Positions 61,560-64,000 of a stretch of DNA of 64,000 bases are shown piece by piece; positions within the stretch are counted from its first letter, which is position 1, and each line of letters begins with the position of its first letter. Source of the DNA: Spirochaetota bacterium. Its GTDB lineage: Bacteria > Spirochaetota > UBA4802 > UBA5550. The DNA is taken from the NCBI GenBank assembly GCA_963663865.1, contig OY760686.1:1184001-1248000 (forward strand). Reading direction: 5' to 3'. The notes under the pieces were generated by a model. It did no database searches and had not been told where the DNA came from. It saw only the letters and a list, made by a program, of their open reading frames with translations. A program made the translations under genes and the position numbers.

Positions 61560-62723
61560 TTAAAAGGCTGAAATAAGGATAGTCTCCAGCTCACTTGCGT
61601 TGAGCTGTCGGGGGCTGTTCTCGACAAGTTTGCATGCTGCTGCCCTTTCCGCAACAGTTCTGAACTGGGACTTATGTATGTTTAAATCTGAAAGCCTTTG
61701 TGCTGCTCCTATATCTGACTCGATTTTTCTAACCGCCTCTACGGCTTTTATAGCGGCCTCAATAACAGTGATGTCCCTGACATCCTCGCCCATGACCTTT
61801 GCCATGTGAACGTACTTGCCCGGAGAAGACGTAAGGTTGTATTCAAGAATATGAGGAAGCATTATGCCTGCACCTGTTTCAATGTCGAGTCCCGTTACAG
61901 AGGAAAGGGCGAAGGCAAGAGCCATTGCGACTGACGAACGGGCTGTCGAGAATGCTATGCCCGTCATAAGCGAAGCGGTTACCAGATTCAGTCTCAGTGT
62001 GATGTTTTCCGGATCATTGAAGAGCTGCTGAAGGTTTTTGAATGTTATATCTATGCTTTTAAGCGAATAGGTATTAATGATATCGTTGTTGGCTCTTGAG
62101 ATGACTGACTCAATAGCGACTGATAGAGAAGCAAGCGAGGTGTTTAGCAGCAGCTTTTCAGGTACATTAATGCCGAGGGTTGGGTCGACAACAGACGCAG
62201 CGGGATAAACGCGATTGTCAAAGTAGAACCTGTGTTTTGAATCCTCAATATCTGTTACAAAAAAAACCGGCGCGATTTCGAACCCGTAGGCCGGAAAACC
62301 GGTAAGCGATATAAATGGAAGTGCAGGAGCTGTTAGTTCAGGATTCGTAAATATGTCATCACAGAATATGTGATTGTCAGTTAGAAGCGAAACGGCCCTT
62401 GCCGCGCTCAGCGATTCTGTACCGCCCAGCCCTATAATACAGTCACAGTTTGATTTTTTAGCGAAAGCTACAGCTTCGTCAATATCCTCGGTATTGGGGG
62501 AGGAGGGCAGGCTGTCATAAACAATACAACCGATTTCGGAGCGTTTCATGCCTTCGGAGATTTGTTCTATTTGAGAGTCGAAATACTGCAAGTCGCCGGT
62601 TGTGAGCATAAGTATTGTTCTTCTGCCGAATCTGGATACAATCTGGGGCAGAGTTGATGCTGAGTCCTGCCTGATATATATCTCTGTCGGCAGTTTAAAA
62701 TCTGGTGCGGGGGTTATACTCAA
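61560..62723 (-). CDS. Iron-containing alcohol dehydrogenase-fold protein, degenerate
   Basis: IIGLGG, VVDP.L, LPHILEYN, N.PR; metal-binding His residues not evident. Confidence 0.8.
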   Translation of the reverse strand: MSITPAPDFKLPTEIYIRQDSASTLPQIVSRFGRRTILMLTTGDLQYFDSQIEQISEGMKRSEIGCIVYDSLPSSPNTEDIDEAVAFAKKSNCDCIIGLGGTESLSAARAVSLLTDNHIFCDDIFTNPELTAPALPFISLTGFPAYGFEIAPVFFVTDIEDSKHRFYFDNRVYPAASVVDPTLGINVPEKLLLNTSLASLSVAIESVISRANNDIINTYSLKSIDITFKNLQQLFNDPENITLRLNLVTASLMTGIAFSTARSSVAMALAFALSSVTGLDIETGAGIMLPHILEYNLTSSPGKYVHMAKVMGEDVRDITVIEAAIKAVEAVRKIESDIGAAQRLSDLNIHKSQFRTVAERAAACKLVENSPRQLNASELETILISAF

Positions 62724-62748
62724 GGGAATCCTTCATAAAGTATGATAT

Positions 62749-62772
62749 AAAAAAAGCGGAATAATTCCGCTT
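62749..62772 (-). terminator. Intrinsic terminator after flgM
   Basis: Minus strand AAGCGGAA-TTA-TTCCGCTTTTTTT. Confidence 0.75.
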
Positions 62773-62803
62773 AATCTATTACTCCACAGATATTTCCTGA
62801 TCG

Positions 62804-63097
62804 TTATTCTTTCAGGAGAATGCCAGCTACCTTTCCGGCTACAGCGCTCAGAACTGTGCTGTCATCAAAGTCGTATGACCCGTTCTGTATTCGCTCTTTT
62901 ATGTCTTTGACCTTATCTGCTCTTAAATCAGGGGTCTCATGTACAGTCTGCATGCTCTTGGAAATCTCAGCAGCGAGTTTACCTTCGCTTGAAATCTCAA
63001 TCGCGTCTTTTCGCCCCGCCTCTCCTGCCGCGGAGGTCTGCTTCGACTTTTTGGGTTCCGGGATGTTGTGAATTCCGCCGATTTTATCAATTACCAT
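62804..63097 (-). CDS. flgM: Anti-sigma-28 factor FlgM
   Basis: D.IEIS, R.DKV..IK..I.NG.Y. Confidence 0.88.
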   Translation of the reverse strand: MVIDKIGGIHNIPEPKKSKQTSAAGEAGRKDAIEISSEGKLAAEISKSMQTVHETPDLRADKVKDIKERIQNGSYDFDDSTVLSAVAGKVAGILLKE

Positions 63098-63126
63098 ATT
63101 GTTAACCCTTCTTGTATCTGTTATTA

Positions 63127-63153
63127 TTATCGGAAAAAAAAGTCAAATCTTTA
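63127..63153 (-). promoter_or_regulatory. Sigma-28 promoter of flgM
   Basis: Minus strand TAAA-N15-TCCGATAA, 30 bp upstream of the ATG. Confidence 0.85.
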
Positions 63154-63273
63154 ATGAAAATATAGAGCACTTACACATTATTGAGAAATATCCACACTCA
63201 GTAAATATACAAAAAAAACCGATAAAAGACAAATTTACCTGTTGAACGGACGCTTAAAGCCTTTGTGAACGCA

Positions 63274-63978
63274 TTAATCAGATTTCTTTTTTAGGCCTGT
63301 GTTGGAAATCGCAATGGCAAATTCCCCCTTGGCCTTTACAAGTTCAGGATTTGAAGCGATTTGAATAGCCGTTCCGCGGATAAATTCCTCATACATTTTC
63401 GTCATCTCGCGGCCAATAACTAATTCATTTTCTGGAAAAACCTCAGCAATGGCGGCTAACAGCTTGTGAATGCGGTGGGGCGATTCATAAATGACTATTA
63501 TCCCTTCGTACTGCTTAAGCTTTTCGAGCTCGTTAATGCGTCTGCCGGGTTTTTTACTGATAAATCCAGCAAAGATAATGTCCTTCTGAATTATGCCGGC
63601 GGCAGAAATCAGGGCCGTCAAAGCGGAGGCGCCTGGAAGAGGTGATATCTGTATGCCCGAGTTAACTGCCGCATTTACAAGCTTGCTTCCCGGATCAGAC
63701 AGGCCCGGAGTACCGCAGTCAGTTAGATACGCAATGTTTTCTCCATTGAGCAGCCTTTTGCAGGCTTCATCAATTCTTGCCGCCGGCGAATGGGAATGGA
63801 GCGAATAAGAAGGCAACTCGATTCCGTATGCGTTCAGTATTTTTTTACTCTGGCGGGTGTCCTCGCAGAAGATACAGCTGACCTCTTCCCTGAGCACCCT
63901 GACAGCCCTGAAGGTCATATCCTCAATATTGCCGATTGGCGTCGCAATCATGTACAGTACACCTGTTTTCATAAACAC
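63274..63978 (-). CDS. rsmI: 16S rRNA C1402 2'-O-methyltransferase RsmI
   Basis: ATPIGN.ED, CEDTR, D.GTPGLSDPG, YESPHR, REMTK.YEE. Confidence 0.96.
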   Translation of the reverse strand: MFMKTGVLYMIATPIGNIEDMTFRAVRVLREEVSCIFCEDTRQSKKILNAYGIELPSYSLHSHSPAARIDEACKRLLNGENIAYLTDCGTPGLSDPGSKLVNAAVNSGIQISPLPGASALTALISAAGIIQKDIIFAGFISKKPGRRINELEKLKQYEGIIVIYESPHRIHKLLAAIAEVFPENELVIGREMTKMYEEFIRGTAIQIASNPELVKAKGEFAIAISNTGLKKKSD

Positions 63979-64000
63979 AACATCACCAGATATACCGGGT

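Overview
Chromosomal window from a spirochaete of the Leptospira-like side of the phylum. This is inferred from a FliY with an N-terminal EIDALL motif, the fliY-fliOPQR-flhBAF-fleN-fliA-fapA order, miaA-hfq, and many Ser-Cys lipoproteins. Region 1-9.7 kb is an AT-rich array of orphan Rhs toxin tips, each followed by a lipoprotein (putative immunity). One lipoprotein gene is split by a complete IS66 (6377-8782, 8-bp target duplication). Two Rhs core fragments break at the same nucleotide and run into a shared, covarying multi-hairpin non-coding element. Region 9.8-30.7 kb is accessory: a transporter and enzymes, a small helical gene beside an 11 x 21-bp palindromic array, and a cluster of lipoprotein CAZymes (GH2, esterase, three GH3 with degenerate active-site motifs). 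Two of the GH3 genes form a tandem duplication bracketed by GTAG-REP clusters. Region 30.8-64 kb is core genome: 3 tRNAs, adk, dnaX-ybaB-recR, der, tsaEB, a flagellar export/chemotaxis operon, yicC-remA-gmk-rpoZ-miaA-hfq, a tiny bS22-like gene, cheW, flgM and rsmI. All calls come from reading the sequence; no searches were run.
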